64,000 nucleotides of DNA from Gnetum montanum (lineage: Eukaryota; Plantae; Gnetophyta): contig MNCI01003167.1 of assembly GCA_015680685.1 (NCBI GenBank), positions 169,536 through 233,535 on the forward strand. Reading direction: 5' to 3'. The translations under genes and the position numbers were made by a program. The notes under the pieces are model-generated. The model had not been told where the DNA came from, did not search any database, and saw only the letters and a program-made list of their open reading frames with translations. Shown piece by piece: positions 12,804 through 24,630 of the stretch (position 1 is the first letter of the stretch; every line of letters starts with the position of its first letter).

Positions 12804-13764
12804 TGATGAGTGGCGAGGTACCCCTACACTCAACCATACGTAATGAGCATAGCACGCATGATCTAGTCGAACTCCATAGACTAAATGCCTAAACACCACA
12901 AGGAACACTTGGGGTTAATTAATTGTTGTCTTCCTAGACTTACTTGTTGTTGTCACGGTGTATGGTTAAGTAAGTCTGAGGTATATGATTTTTTTGGTCT
13001 TTTCTGGTTTATCTCCTATGCTAAGGGGTGAAGGGTTGAGAAACTAAAACTAACTCTAACTACAGTGCTAAGTCCTAGCATCAGCATCCATTCCCGCTTG
13101 CTGTACACACCCTAAACTGTGCAACTGTGGCTACCAAATGCTAATCGTTACTGGGATTACCACACGTAATGCACGTGCTCAAAGCGGTCGTACTGAGGTA
13201 CCTAACTAGGCAAAGTGTGACAAGTAGGTGATTCCTTGACTAGCCATACACATCCGTAGATGCTTGTAATCAATTCGTACTTGTTCCACGTTCTAGGAGA
13301 TAAGGGTGAGAGAATCTAATCACGATGAGTAGCCGATTCCTTGGCTAGCCGTACACATTCGTCAATGCTTGTAACCAAGTCGTACTCATGCCGCGTTACT
13401 AGGAAAGTAATAAATAACATTAAATAAACCTATCCATGTACTACAAGGTTTATCCACAAAGCTCATCTTTATTTCCATACACAACTTGCGTTCAGGTACA
13501 AAGCTACTCGAATAAAGAATCATTCACTTGGGGGACTCCTACTGCGGGCACATGGAAAATATTCTATCTCTGGGATGATCAATCTGCCAGAGCTTCGCTA
13601 CTTTACACCTAGGATGTGAAATGAGGGAAGTGCCGCCTCTTATTTATAGATTTGGTGGCGGACCACGATATCACGTACACGATATGGCAGGGGACAACGC
13701 AATATCGTGTACGTGATATCGCAGGGGGTGCGATATCGCAGCTTGTGCATATCACGTCTCATCA
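12804..13764 (-). repeat. 5' LTR of element C
   Basis: Partner of 6456-7412; followed on the minus strand by the PBS. Confidence 0.95.
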
Positions 13765-14240
13765 TTGTTTAAGGGCATAATCCTACTATGGGGAAGATCC
13801 ACTTGCATAATCTTTGTCCTAGATAGTTAAATTTCCTATCCCTTCATCATTTTTCTTTCAAATCCATTATTTTCTACCATAAAAATCTAGTTTTTACACT
13901 CGAAATTCAAACTCCATCTAAATATCCTTTTCCAAAGAGATTTAGAGACCTCTCTAATGATTTTTCCTTACTCTAGTCTTTTTTTTCTTTCTTTGGACTT
14001 CAATTTCATTGAAAACCTTTTTTTCCATCTTCATTGACGCATAGTTAAAATACTATAAATATGCATCGACCCTTAGCCAAATTTTCACATTTACATTCCA
14101 AATGCTAAGGAAGTTTTGAATATTTATAAGCCTATATCACCTTCTAAGTGCGATAACTTGCTAACCACTTGTCCAATTTATTCCATTATTTGATCCTTAA
14201 GCTATAGGATATGAGCTTTATGTCATGGGGGCCATAAACT

Positions 14241-15809
14241 TGTTGCAACTAAAAACCTCAGTTGCTGAAAAAATCAAAGATCCGTAGTGTAGTAGTTCAT
14301 CAACCCGCAAATCCCTAGGGCCTTTGTGGAAAAAATGGGATACAAGATGCCTAACTGCTCTGGTAGACCAACCAAGGACTTACAAAATTCAAAGTGTGGT
14401 GAACAAAATGCAAAACCGATAGTAGATCTAAATAATGCACAGATAATAAACAAATGTATTTTGTACAAAAAATTCAAAACTTAAAAATTTATTGAAAGGA
14501 AAAGTAAAGAATAAGTTAGAGAAAATGTATACAAATGGTACCTAAATTAGTAGCCAAAGGTGGATTCACTGGTACAAGATTTTAAAGCCCATTGAAGCCA
14601 ATGCAATCCACTTCATGATCCAGGTGCTAAGCCACTCTTGATACTTTTGAACCTTTCTCAACTACAACCTCAAATCTGCAATGTTGGTTGTGGTGGGGGT
14701 TGAGAAATGTGAAAAAATATAAGCTATCCAAATGCTCTATGTTGAGAGTTGGGAATGCCAAGGATGTAGTGTGGAGCTTGAAAATTTACAAACCCCAAAG
14801 GTTATTATGAGGCGACAAGGTCACAGGGTGTCTATGCTGGGTTCAAGAGAATACAAGTCTGGAAACTTATTAAAAAACTCTTGAGTACCTAAGAATGCCA
14901 AAGTGTAGAACTATGAATAATTTTGTGTGCAAAATTTTGTGTATGATAATGGTCTTGAATTGCAAAAAGGTATGGAATCTTGAAAAAATTGCTAAACTAC
15001 CAAAGTGTGTGTAACTATCCAAGTGTTGAATCTGTAAATGGTGTTTGAGGTTGGACTATTTATAGGTTCTTTGGGACATGAATAGAGCTGAAAATGGCTA
15101 TAAATTATCTATAAAATGGGTCCAAATTGGCTGCCAAATTCAGGTGAGAGTGGTGCCTAGATTTGAGGGGTTACTATAAATAGTAAGTTCTTCCCCAATG
15201 GCCTTTCCATTTACTATAAATAGTAACCAGGGCACACCTTCCATGCTAGAGATGAATTGTCCATGTTGAGCTCTCCACCATGCTTATTGAGGTAGTTGGT
15301 CAACATTGTAGGGCATGGAGTGTTGAAATCTAATTACTGTGGCTTCCATGTTGGGGGATGAAATTTTCAATGTTAGAGGTGAAGACGGACACTAGGAAGA
15401 AACTTCCACATTGAGGGGGGGAGGTTTCCAGGCTGTGCATGTGGTCTTTATACTAAAGAAAAAAGGTTTCGAAAACCCCAATCCTTTCACACTAGGGGTA
15501 GGTGAGATTTACCCCTCTGCATGTGTTTCTTGCAAAGAAAAGTGTATAGCCCCCATAAAACCCATCAAATTGCCATTTTTGGCATTTCGAAAGGCATTTT
15601 TCATCTTTCCAATCCCAAATATAAATACTAGATGAATTGTTTCACTTGGGGTATGAGGCTTTACTTATAAATAATTTTAGCCCCAAAAGTGTAAAGTATG
15701 TGAAATTTCCCACTATGAACTACATTTTTTAGTTTTACCTTGGGTTTCATGGGAATGAAAGCTATGTGATGAAGATTGGCCTTAACATGAAAATTTTCAT
15801 GGTGTTTCA
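14241..15809 (-). repeat. 3' LTR of element B
   Basis: Collinear with 31426-33000 from TGTTGCAACTAAAAA to GGTGTTTCA, roughly 80% identical by eye. Confidence 0.93.
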
Positions 15810-16069
15810 ATGGTTCCTATTTGTTGGTGTTTAGATGATTGACTTGAGAGGCACCAAAAAAGAATACAAAACACCATTGTATATTATAACAATATAATGC
15901 ATACAAGCCACATGAGAATCAGGCTATCTAGGTCACCAAAGTTGTTAGTTTAAGGCTATGGTAGGCCATGGTACCAATTTAAGGCTCTAGCAAGCCATGT
16001 TACCAGTTTAAGGTTGTAGCAGACTATTGAAAGTAGGTTTGCTTATTAGCAATTATTGGCTACATGTAG

Positions 16070-17200
16070 TATGGCTTTAGATAGGAATGATTAACTAGAC
16101 TGATCATCTTATTTTCATCCATGTCAACTATTTTGAATTCTCCACTTCCATAGGATCTAATGACAAGGAAGGACCCTTCCTAATTGGCTGAGAATTTGTT
16201 TACATGCTCGCAGAAACTTTGAAGACCAGGTTACCATCCTTGATCTTGCGCATGTTCATATGGTGATGCTACCACTTCTGCCTCTCTTGATAGTGCTCAA
16301 TGTAAGAAAGTGATTTCATATACTACTCCTCCATCAAATCCAAGGCTATTGTCCATAATTCCTTATTCTTCTCATCGTTGATGAAGTTAGTCAAGGTTAT
16401 GTCAAGTGAGGGCATCTACAATTCAAAAGGTAAAACAACTTTAGATCTATAAACTAGGCTATAAGTGGTTATACTAGTTTCCATGCAATAGGTTGTTTTG
16501 TATGCCCATAGTTCATGAACAAGACACTCATGCCACTTGTGTTTGTTGTTGTTGAGGATCTTTTTAAGTAAGTTGATGATGGCTTTGTTGCTTACTTCTG
16601 CTTCTTCATTGGCTTGAGCGTAATAGGGTGATGAGAAAGAATGCTTAATACCTAGGTTGTGACAATATTCTTTCATTTCATGGCCACTAAATTGTCATCC
16701 ATTGTCTATAAATATGATCATGGGTATGCCAAAATTGGCTATGATGTTATCTAAGATGAATTTGTAGACTTGTTTAGATGTAGTCTTCCATAGGGAAATA
16801 GCCTCAATCTAGTTTGTAAAGTATTTGGTTGTCGTGATGATGAAGCTATGCCCTATAGAAAACTTAGGTGTTATGGGTCCAATGATATCCAACCCCCACT
16901 ATTAAAATGACCATGTTATTTAAATGGTATGAAATTTAGTTGGTGATACATGTATAAGGTCACTATATCATTGGCATGTGTCACACCACTTAACCTTTGT
17001 AGGTAGTCATTTTCCATATGGGGCTAATAGTAGCCTATCCATCTAATTTTAGTGGCCATAGCTCTTGATCCTATATGTCCTCCATAAACACCTTCATGAA
17101 CCTTCTCTAAGACTATTCTAGCATCAATTTTACCTAAGAATATTAGGATTTTTCCATCCTAGGATCATCAACATAATGTGTTATCACCTATGATAACATA
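16070..17200 (-). pseudogene. Integrase of element B, disrupted
   Basis: WGLDIIGPI, TKYFTN, FSSPYYAQAN, ELWAYKTT and FSAN*EGSF (GPY/F-like) motifs; ORF 16416-16676. Confidence 0.92.
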
Positions 17201-17429
17201 GTGCTTTAATTGCTTGCATATAGCATCCTTCTATGTAGTGGTTAGGCCTTGTGGAAATTATCCATGCATAAGGAAAAACTTGATATTATCATAGAACTCC
17301 TTGTGAGGAGTAGTATGAATTACAACCACAAAGGTATCCTCAATGTTTTGTGTGATAGGAGTAGCATAGTCTATGGTTAAGGTGGGCAACTTGCTAAACA
17401 CATCTAGTGTCACACTAAGGGCTAATGTT

Positions 17430-17780
17430 ACAATTGAATTGGCTATGGAATTTTCATTTTGAGGTATGTGTTGGATATTAAGGTCTATTAATTATTGTAA
17501 CAATTTCTTCCCTTGTAAGTGTGTGGCTTTGCATGCATAGACTTTGATTACTTGGTTAACCATGAGTTGTGAATCACCTTTGATCATTAAATGTCTAATT
17601 TCTAGGTTACATGAAACCATCATCCCTCTAATCAAACCATTATACTCTGCTATGTTGTTGGTATATAAAAATCCAAAATGATAGGCAAAGGGTTAGATCT
17701 CACTAGATGGGAATGTTACGATGGTAGTGGCACTAGCCCCATGGGTAGTTGAAGCTCCATCAAAGTGTATGACTACCTCA
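17430..17780 (-). pseudogene. Additional archaeal-type RNase H (aRH) of element B
   Basis: IHFDGAS...GASA, TNNIAEYNGLIRG, KGDSQLMVNQV and HIPQNENSIANS motifs, located between RH and INT. Confidence 0.88.
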
Positions 17781-17859
17781 TAACCCTTGGGTACTTGGGT
17801 AACTACATTAATATGTTCATTAAGAAATTTATGATCTATGGTTGCTTGGTCATTAATTG

Positions 17860-19473
17860 GTAAAACTATGAGCTATATGGCTATACCTTGATCTTTTGTT
17901 GAGGATTGAAAGACATAATGGAGAACAAACTCCATGATTATGGCTTTCCATTGGGCTATATAGCTACTTTCATAGATGTTGGTCATTATGGCTCTGGGTA
18001 TGTTGTCCTTGCAAATCATGTTGACTTGGCTTCTAAAGAGGTAGTGTCTCCACTTCCTCAATGAGAAGACTAGTGTTGGAAAACTAATGCATGGCTAATG
18101 TAGTATACATGCATTTTTGCTCCATCATCACATTTTTGATAGAGTAGAAAAGTAATGGATGTATTAAAGATGGCAAGATAAATATAAAATGGTTTACCCT
18201 CTTATGGGGGATAGACTGTTGGTTGTTGTATCAATTCCTACTTAAGGTTTTCAAAGGCCTCTTGGCATTGAGCTATCCACTCATAATGAACTCCTTTCTT
18301 AAGTAAGTGTTGCATGGGCTGTAACGTATCTATAAACCTATGAATAAACTATAATTTTCATTATAATCCCTAAAGCTCTTTAAGGTTGGTAGGTTCTGCT
18401 AATCTGGATATGGCCTTAACCTTATCAAAATCAACATGTATCCCTACTTCAAAGACTACAAAGCTAAGCATCTTACCAATCTTGACACCAAAGACACACT
18501 TCTTAGGATTGAGCCTAGGCTTGTACTTGAGGCATGATTTAAGCACAAGGTCTAGGCCATTAGCATGGTCATTGACTATTTTAGACTTAATGGCTATGTC
18601 ATATATGTAATCATTAAGTAAACCTAGCATGTAATCACTAAAGATATAGGTCATGACTCTTTGGTATGTTGCCCTAACATTCCTAAGGCTAAAGAAAATG
18701 ATGGTCTAATAAAAGGTACCTCATGGAATCATAAAAGTTATGCTATGTTGGTGCTCTAGGTTGATCCTAATTTGGTTATATCTTGAGAATCCATCCATAA
18801 AGGACAACAAGGCATGTTTGGTTTTAGTATCGATAAGTTGATCAACACTAGACAAAGGGAAGTCATCCTTGATAATTGCTTTATTTAGGTCTTGAAAATC
18901 AATGTCAATATGGATTCTCCCATTTTTCTTAGGGACTATTGCTATGTTGGATACCCATTCTGTGTAGTCAATAGTCCTAATGAAATGAGCTTAGTAATGC
19001 TTTGATATTTCATCATGAACTACCAAGGCCAAATTAGGTCTAATTTTGTGCAGTTTTTTCTTAATTGGTCTAATGCTAGGATCTAGTATGATGTTGTACT
19101 AGAATAAACATGGATTTAGACTTGACATATCTTCATATGGCCAAGCAAAGGCCTTAATGTTTCTTTGTAAAACCTTGGTATTGTCTTAAGCATATTGAGG
19201 TTCTAGTGAGGAACTTAATTTAAGGGTTTTCTCCATACTATTGTGTGTTGTGACAAGAACTTCAACTAGAGAGTCTTCAATTATATCACCTACCTCTAAG
19301 TCAATGGTTTTTCCTATGTTTTTAGGCCATTCTAGAGGTTTCTCTATTGAGGCTATGTGGTCTATAAGACCCTTAAGCTGAAGATCTAGGCAATTAGGGT
19401 CAATACTCTATTCAACATCACTATGAGGTCCATGTAGATACAAATGTAAATTGATCTGCTTTCAAGTATTCAT
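17860..19473 (-). pseudogene. pol: Reverse transcriptase and RNase H of element B, disrupted
   Basis: AFAWPYEDM, WVSNIAIVPKKNG, LSFMDGFSRYNQI, LNPKKCVFGV and KWRHYLF motifs; in-frame ATG at 19473. Confidence 0.92.
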
Positions 19474-21504
19474 ACTTTGATCCTGCATGTCAACCAAAGT
19501 CATATTAAGTGGAACATGGGTAAAAGTGAATAAATAATGCTAAAATGCTATAAAATTATGCAAATACATACAAATCTAAGGCAAACAAGGTCATCCAAGG
19601 TCATCAATAGGGTGACAACAAGCAAACAAAGTGCAATAAGGGCTAAATAAAGCTCAAACCAAGGTTAAACAAAGTAAAGTATAAGGATCATGACTACAAA
19701 TGATCAATAAAGGCCATGATGTTGCTAGTCTTAGTCTTTATTAGTCCTTGATATCATTTTAGACTCTTGGTTGACTATGATGCTAGTTTTAGGCCTTAGC
19801 TGGCCATGGTCACATGATGTTAAATGGTAGTTAGAGAAGGTCAAACCCCATTATTTGATACCATTCAAAGGCCAAAAAATGGTAAATAAAGCTATAATAA
19901 GTTAAATAAAGAACACATAAGACTGTATAAAGGCCATAAAATGTCAATAATGCAACACAGGTCGAAAAGCAAGCCAAAACACTATATAATAAGGCAAAAC
20001 TAAAGTAAAATAGGCTATATATGGTAAAATTTGGCTAATATAGGTAAAAAATGATTACGTTTTGCTAGTTTTAGGCCTTAGTAGGATATGTTTTAAGGCT
20101 ATAAGGATATTAGGTGAGTTTAAACATTAATTAAGGCTATTTCTGAGCTATTTGGACCCAAAAATCAAGTGTTTCAAGGCTTCCACAATGGGCTTAGTGT
20201 GGAAACAAGGATCCTTAGTGTAGAAACTAAGTAAAATAGATTTTGGGGTTCGTAGAGGTCCAAAATTAAGGTTGTAAGCCCTTCCCATAGTAGTGTAAGA
20301 TCATATCCATCAAAATTGGGCATTCTGAAGGTCTGTAAAGGCTAAAAAGTAGGTAATGAAGACTTCCCCCCTTGTTTCTACATTGGATAGCATGGAAGAG
20401 AGGGGTTCTAGCATGGAAAAACAAGATTCAAGTCAAAATGGGATCAAACATGGTCAAAAAGGTAGGCATGATCTAGCTCTGGAGGTTGTGTGTCCTTTGG
20501 ATTTGTTTTGAGGTTGTTTGAGGCAATTTTGTGTGTCAAAACATGTCAAAATGGATTTCCTCTCTTTTTCCATGCTAAGCATAGTATCCTCAACACAGAA
20601 AAATAGGGGGATAATTGATTTTGTAAATTAAAAGTAATTTAGAAACACTTTGACCAAGTTTATAGGATGCTAAAGCTGTAGACTTTAATTCTATAAGTTT
20701 ATGGCTAATTTTGAGCATGTTTGAAAGCTATTTAAGGGTACTTAAGGTCTTCCCCTTGTTTCTAGGCTAGGGAAGTTACCAACATAGAAGATTGGGGGAA
20801 ATGAGTTTTGGAGGTTGAAATAAGGTCAAACAAGCAAAATATTAAGGTTATGAAGTCCTAGGCTACTCCAGTGCGGCTATTTGGCTTCTGGGAGTGTCAA
20901 CTTATCACCAGAATTAGAAAAGTAGTTTTTCCCCTTTGTTTCCATGCTAGGGAAGTTACTCCAGCATGGAAGAAGTAAGAATCCCATATCTAGGCTAAGT
21001 TATATCATAATCAAATATGCATGTTACCTTCTAGAGTTACCAAGGCCAAGGGCTATGTCTCCTTGTCAAAATTTGATAGTTCTGAGTACTCCCAAGTGGG
21101 TTTTGAGCTTCTCTCCTTTTTTCTAGATCAGGACAAGGGAGATTAATATGGAAAACTAGGGGGAACCATATTTTGGCCATTTGGGATTAGTTTTGTAAGG
21201 TTTGAGGGCTCCAATGGTTGCTTCCTAAGTTCTAGAATGGATGTAAGGTTGTTTGACCTCATTTTGAGGTATTTAGGAGCTCCAAACAAGTTTCCCTCTG
21301 AGTTTCCATGCTATGAAGCATGGAGGAAGTGATCACCAACATGGAAGAATTCTAAATGCTAGATCTTAAATAATTTTTACCTGAATCAACCATGCATGTT
21401 AGCCTCTAAGGCTATCAAGGTCAAGGGCTAGGGTTTGGAGTTAAGACCAATCAGTTTGAAAGTCTTTGGAACACAACAAAATTTGGGTCTCAACATCTCC
21501 ACTG

Positions 21505-22010
21505 AAAATTTGGCTAAGTGTCAAAAAAATGGCACTTTGCCCAAATTTTTCTAAGTGTTAAGTGTAGTCAACTCCAACTGCCAGATTTGCAAAATTTTTC
21601 TAAGTGTTAAAATGATGGCACTTTCTACAAATTTGTCTAAATGTCAAAACTTGGAAAATTTTTCTAAGTGTTGGTGGTACGCTCCCTAGCGTAGCTAGTG
21701 TAGCATGCATCAAGGCTTGTTTTGCAAAATTTTCTGTGTCAACAATGGTTGCAAGAAAATTTTTCTAAGTGTTCTGCCATACATTCACTTTACCTACCAT
21801 GCTATAGAGCATAGCCAACATAACACAATTTTTAGTGGCTATTTTTGCCTAAGTGTTAAGCAAGAAGCTATCAAGCTAGCTCAACATGGAAGAGGCATTT
21901 GATAGATTTTCTAAGTCCTAAAGCCACCCCTCCTACTACACTCTAGAGAATAGCTAGTGTAACAAGAACAAGGATTACAATCTTTAGCAGATTCTTCTAA
22001 GTGTCCATGC
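21505..22010. repeat. Cluster of AAAATTTTTCTAAGTGT-type direct repeats
   Basis: About eight copies of a CTAAGT(G) core, for example at 21514, 21551, 21600, 21664, 21764, 21849, 21911 and 21997. Confidence 0.75.
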
Positions 22011-22278
22011 TATGTCCTATCCCTACGGGGTGTCTCATGTCCTTCACGTAACACAAGATAAGCATAGTAGCTAGGATCCCATGTCCCACACATAACATGG
22101 AATGAGCATAGTAGCTAGCATCCCATGTCCCACACATAACACGGGACAAGAGTAGCAACTAGAGTTAGAAATTTTTTTAAACTTTTTCTAGTCACCTCTA
22201 GACCTAGAAAATTTTCTAAATTTTTCTTGTGGTCCCACCTACCACACTACCACATGGCACACGATCCACATTTTGAGC

Positions 22279-22300
22279 TAACCCTAGCCCTATAAATACC
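22279..22300 (+). promoter_or_regulatory. Putative TATA box with telo-box-like motif inside the element B spacer
   Basis: TAACCCTAGCCCTATAAATACC; motif match only. Confidence 0.5.
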
Positions 22301-24630
22301 CCTGCACCATAATGTTTCAAGGGGGTTGGCTTCCATTTTTTATCGGTTGGTAGTTGGCACTTTCATTTTGTCATTTGGCATCTTAGCACTTAACTCCATG
22401 GGCAAAAAAGACCCAAAGCACACCACACTAGCAAAGAGATAGAGTTACACATCATGGTCCACTATGGCCCCATTGTAGCCTTGTAGAACACCACATGGTA
22501 CACCATAGCGACTAACCTGATAGGCACAGTTCATCATGGTGAGTGCCAGACTACATGGCCCAACACCACCGAGACTATGACTATGCTTTCATTATGCTTG
22601 TTGTACACTGTGTACCTTCTAAGACCATTTGGAGTTAGCTATGCTCCCATTTGGTCTGGTGTTCCATTTCTCTCTCCTATTTCTAGCATTTTATTACATT
22701 TTTCTTACATAGTTTAGTGCTTTTTCACACATCATCATGTTGAAATACGCTTGTGTGGTAGTATTTGTGGGTTGAAACTCTCGTTTTGGTTGAAACCCTT
22801 AGCTACACTTGCCTCCATTCTATGGCTATTCTCTACACTTAGCACTATGAAGCACCACCTTGACACTTAGCACCATTTTGCGTTATTTGCATTTGCATTT
22901 TGGCTAACCACACCATCCACTGATTGCATCCACCACCCTGGATGCAATTGGTAGAATTCCTATTTAATTGACATGATTATTTAGGGTTCTCTATCTCTAT
23001 TTCTAGCAAGGCCCTTGCATGGAGGTGGGGTTAACACTACACATCTGTTGACACCTCAGTGATTCCAATTATCAATGTTTTCAATTGTTACAATCTTCTA
23101 GGTGGTTTTTGAGCTTTACCCTCTTTTTTTCATGATGAGGATGCTATGCCTATCATGGAAAACTAGAGGAAAATATATTTTTACCTTTTTGCATCATTTT
23201 TGGCCATGCATGTAGCACTTCGAGGTTGATAATGATGATTATCAATGCTTGGTATTAACATTTTTTTGTTTTGAAGGTTGCCAAGTGGTTTTTGAGCTTT
23301 TCTACATTTTTGCACATTTGGGCTTCCATGATGATCATGGAAAATCTATGAGAAATATTTTTTGGCTTCTAAGGATTAATTTAAATAGGTCCAAAGGTCT
23401 TAAGGTGTTTAGATGAGGTTCTAGGACACTTATAGGGTTTTTTCCTGTTCATTCGAGGTCTCTAAAGTCTATTTTGGAGTCGTCTAAAAGTTTCCCCCTT
23501 TTTTCCATGGTGGGACATGTGGAAAAATTAAGGGACCTTGATTTTTATATTTCTCCATCATTTTGGGCTATGCATGTAGGCTTCTATGGTTGCTAGCGTC
23601 GATTGCTAATACCTAATGTCCAAACATGGTTGTTTCAAGGGTCTTTTGAGTAGTTTTTAAGCTTCCTACATTTTTTCCACACTAGGGATTCTGTGTCTAG
23701 GGGTCAATGGGCATTAAGAAATAATTACTAGGTAATTAATTTAGGTTATTTTTGGCTTTCCCCCATCTATCCACACTAAGGATGAGAGGCTCAACATGAA
23801 AGAAGCCTTCCTCAGCATGGAAAACACCAAATCCCCAATTTTGACCAGTTTTGACTAGGTTTGGTGGGGTTTTGAGGCTACCAGAGATGCTTGGAGGGGT
23901 TATAGGTTACGTGGGGTCCATTTTAGGGTCAAACATGGGCTAGATGGGTTTTGTAAGGTAATAATTGGTGTTACAACCCATCTTCCATGTTGGGCACTTT
24001 TGCCTAGCATGGAAACCCATGGTATCTACCTTCATTCATGTCTCACCCACTTTTGGGAAATCGAGGTTGAAAAAGGCAAGTTTGGCTTACTAAAAATAGT
24101 AAACTATTTGTAATTCCAATGATTTTTGGGAATATGAGGCATGTTTCCCTACTGAGCATGCTACCCTTAGTGTGGATGCATGGGATATAAGGTTGCCATA
24201 AAGTTTGAAGTGTCAAATTAGAAAAAAGCTCAACATTGATGTAAACTTTGGTCAAAATAGAAGGTGAAGGGTGGGGCCTATAATCAAAAAAATTAAAATT
24301 TTGAATAGTAAAGTTTTTTTCACCCAAAACCAATGTGAAATAGACTTTTCCCCCTTTACACTTTAATGCACTTGAAGTTATGGTGCACCGAATTAGTCGC
24401 TGGGGTTTCAAGATGTGCATTTAGGTTTTAGATGAGTTTTAGATGTCAAATTTTGAAATTTTTAATCATAAATATCATTCTACATCACCAATTCATTATA
24501 GGACAGCGATGGTAGATATTTTGTTTTAGAGGATACCAATATTTGGCATGGAAGCCTTCCATATCACCTACAGCTACCGTAGAACTCCTATCTTTTCTTA
24601 ATCTTCATCATCCTCAACGTTGAGCTTGCC

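Larger units (their letters stand above)
6456..13764 (-). mobile_element. Element C: non-autonomous Athila-like LTR element (gag plus protease only)
   Basis: Two ~960-bp LTRs with TGATGAG...CTCATCA ends. TSD is TTGAT (6451-6455) / TTGTT (13765-13769). PBS and PPT are on the minus strand. gag and PR are present; RT, RH and INT are absent. Confidence 0.93.
20170..24020. repeat. Degenerate repeat array rich in TTCCATGCT/AGCATGGAA motifs, interrupted by a distinct module at about 21496-23045
   Basis: Recurring blocks such as GTGG(G/T)TTTTGAGC (about 21097, 23102, 23285) and ATGCATGT (about 21018, 21391, 23206, 23570). Confidence 0.6.

Noticed and set aside
21496-23045. Helitron, CACTA or solo-LTR call for the central spacer module
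   Set aside because: It has a 5' TC and a small hairpin (GCAAGG-C-CCTTGC) but no CTRR end, no terminal inverted repeats and no TG...CA ends with a TSD. It is left unclassified.
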